In this document: piece after piece, positions 61,412 to 64,000 of the stretch
How the letters are laid out: the number at the start of each line of letters is the position of its first letter
How positions within the stretch are numbered: the first letter of the stretch is position 1
From: Octopus sinensis
Taxonomy: Eukaryota
Length of the DNA: 64,000 nucleotides
Assembly: GCF_006345805.1 (NCBI RefSeq)
Contig: NC_043011.1
Span: 6,944,001 to 7,008,000 of the forward strand
Direction: 5' to 3'
The notes under the pieces: generated by a model
What the model saw: only the letters and a program-made list of their open reading frames with translations
What the model was told of the DNA's origin: nothing
Databases searched by the model: none
Made by a program: the position numbers and the translations under genes

Positions 61412-62098
61412 ATATATATATTCACACACATTTATGTGTGTGTCTGTTTGTTCCCCCACCATCGCTTGACAGCCAATGTTGGTGTGCTTACATCCCTGTA
61501 ACTTTGTGGCTCCGCAAAAAGAGACTGATAGAATAAGTACTAGGCTTACAAAGATTTGTTCAATGAAAGCCAGTGCTCCAGCATAGCCACAGTCAAATGA
61601 CTTAAACAAGTAAAAGAAGAAAAAAACCTAGCAAAAGAGCCTTGACCTGCTTTTGTGGTGGACACCAAGTGTATGACAGCATGTGAAGCCTTTGGTTAGA
61701 GCCAAGCAGACACACATCTAGGTGAGAGGAAATTCACTCATTCATACACACACACACACACACACATTCTTTTATTTTATTTGTTTCAGTCATTTTGACT
61801 GTGGCAATGCTGGTGCACCGCCTTTTTAGTCAAACAAATCGACCCCAGGACTTATTCTTTTGTAAGCCTAGTACTTATTCTAGTGGTCTCTTTTGCCAAA
61901 CCGCTAAGTTACAGGAATGTATACACATATATCCAACAGGCTTCTTTCAGTTTCTGTCTACCAAATCACTCACAGGGCTTTGGTCAGCCCAAGGCTATAG
62001 TAGAAGGCATTTGCCCAAGGTGCCATGGAGTGGGACTGAAATCAGAACTATGTGGTTGGTAAACAAGCTTTTTACCACACAGTGACTCCTGTGCCTAC
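61158..62098. mobile_element. Two SINE A copies in inverted orientation (61158-61619 +, 61768-62098 -)
   Basis: Type-A consensus matches. Confidence 0.85.
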
Positions 62099-62417
62099 AT
62101 ATACTTTTCTTCTTTTCCGTTTTTCTGTGTATTATTCACCATTCCACTGTTGTTTTTGTTTTGTTTTTTTCTTGTGATTTCTCATGTAGCAGTGTCCTGA
62201 TTTTCAAGCAGAACAGGCCATGTGCTCAGAGCCTGAAGATTGCTTGGAGACACAAGTCATGTTATAAAAACCTGCTTAGACACGGGTTTCTACAGCAAGA
62301 AACTATTTAGTAACATGACTCTTTATGCTGTATGTTGAATAATTTTTATCTCATTGGAGTACCTTTTTTGTTTGATCTTAATTTAATGGGATGGTAAATT
62401 ACACACACTTACATCTG

Positions 62418-63150
62418 GCCTATGTCAGTGTCGCATAACCTGGCACCTGTGCCGGTGATACATAGAAAGCACCTTTTGTACGTTGGGCCTTACGGAAGCA
62501 ATGACAACTGACTGAGACTTTTGGCAATAGGCTGTGCTTGAGAAGACCCATCAAACCAAGTGTTACTCAACTGGCACATAAAAGCACCCTTTATACTCTC
62601 AGAGTGGTTGGTGTCAGGAAGGGCATCTAACCATAGAAACCATGCCAAATCAGACTGGGGTATAGTGCATTGCCTCAGCTTACCAACCCCTGGTCAAACT
62701 GTCCAACCCATGTCAGCATGGACAACAGGTATTAAATGATGATATAGATATCCTGCATACTTTCCTAGCATAGAGTTTCCTCCACTAAGGGTTTGTAGTC
62801 TTGCAAACTACATCATAACTTCATTAGTGCTAATCATCATCATCATCAGCATCATTTAATGTCTGCTCTCCATGCTGGCATGGGTTACATGGTTTGACTG
62901 GAGCTGATGAGCCAGAGAGCTGCACCAGGTTCCAGTCTGATTTTGTATGGTTTCTACAGCTGGATGCCCTTCCCAACGCCAACTGCTTTAAGAGTAGTGG
63001 GTGCTTTTGGAAAGTACCCAGTACATACTGTCAGGTGGTTAGCATTAAGAAGAGCATCCAGTTGTAGAAATGATGCCAAATCAGACACTGGAGCACAATG
63101 CTCTCCTTTGACTCATCAGATCCTTGTCAAATTCTCCTACCTATTCTGAC
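62418..63150. mobile_element. Cluster of RTE-type 3' tails on both strands
   Basis: GGAAGGGCATC / GATGCCCTTCC and (ATG)n termini. Confidence 0.7.
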
Positions 63151-64000
63151 ATTAAATGCTCATATACATGCTTTTGGGGTTTTTTTTTTTTTAGTTTTCA
63201 TCTACTGAAGATACCCAAGGTGCCACACATTGGGATTGGGGCTGAAACCATGTGAAATAAATGAATTATATGTACGGCAGTGGTTCTCACCCATTATTTT
63301 CTTGTGGAGAGGCTTTTCAGTCATCTTTTGTTCTACTGGGCCCTCATAGCCATCTGAAGTTTTAAAAAACCCCTTCATATTTTTATAATGTATTGTTAAA
63401 TGCTTTGTCTAATGCAGAAGTTTAAGTGATTTATTGCACATAATTTTTAACGACTAAATTGGAATGTAATCCTTCGTGTTTCAGGCTATCAGATCAGAGC
63501 CCTCTTATATCACAAATTTGGCATATTAACTACATCTGGGCATGTATAAGCAACCAAAGGAATATCAATAGTGCCAGTTGCAATTACTAGAACTATCAAT
63601 ATACAGATAAAATTCCTTGCCATTTCTGAGATTCTTCATCTGACTTTATTATTTATGCCAACTCCAACCAGAATTCTATTAAAATACATTTTTTTTGTTT
63701 GTTGTTGGTGTTTTGTTTGTTTTAAAATTCTGTTGTTAATGAGACTTTGCAGTTGCTAACCTATGGCATGTAACATGTGCATTTGTGAACATGCATCCAC
63801 CATACACATGTGGCTATAAGCATATGCACTGTCGTCTATGCATATATGTGCATTGTGTTTTTGCATATAGCAATGTGCACACAATATAAACTGCGTGTAC
63901 ATGAGTATGTATGTATGTATGTATGTATGTGTGTGTGTGCGTTAGTGTATGTGTTGCCATAGATTTAATGGTTCACTTAAATTGGAAATGAATCATCAGT

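Overview
AT-rich, repeat-saturated animal genomic DNA, intergenic or intronic. The SINE and LINE families look like those of Octopus (recognised from memory, not searched). I found no intact, identifiable protein-coding gene: the long ORFs in the track come from minisatellites, SINEs or dead transposons. Contents: many tRNA-headed SINEs (working names A, B, E, F); fossil LINEs (Tx1, CR1, RTE, Dong/R4); a dead mariner; Helitron-, hAT- and piggyBac-type non-autonomous elements; a possible solo LTR; several mini- and microsatellites. The most interesting signal is a set of type I hammerhead-ribozyme (HHR) motifs. Family H1 is a Penelope-like unit with a tRNA-like head and an HHR, inserted twice as a fold-back palindrome (36401-36844 with a 15-bp target-site duplication; 59564-59917). 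Family H2 can be pieced together from four decayed copies (15.1, 25.1, 33.3, 42.4 kb). A possible third family survives as a half-motif at 44.9 kb. Also notable: a 130-bp inverted, apparently locally templated insertion (19556-19685 matches 21140-21269), SINE 3'-tail swapping, and an 8-kb SINE-free zone. Exon chains on both strands are reported only as low-confidence hypotheses. Repeat boundaries are by eye and approximate unless a TSD or TIR is quoted.
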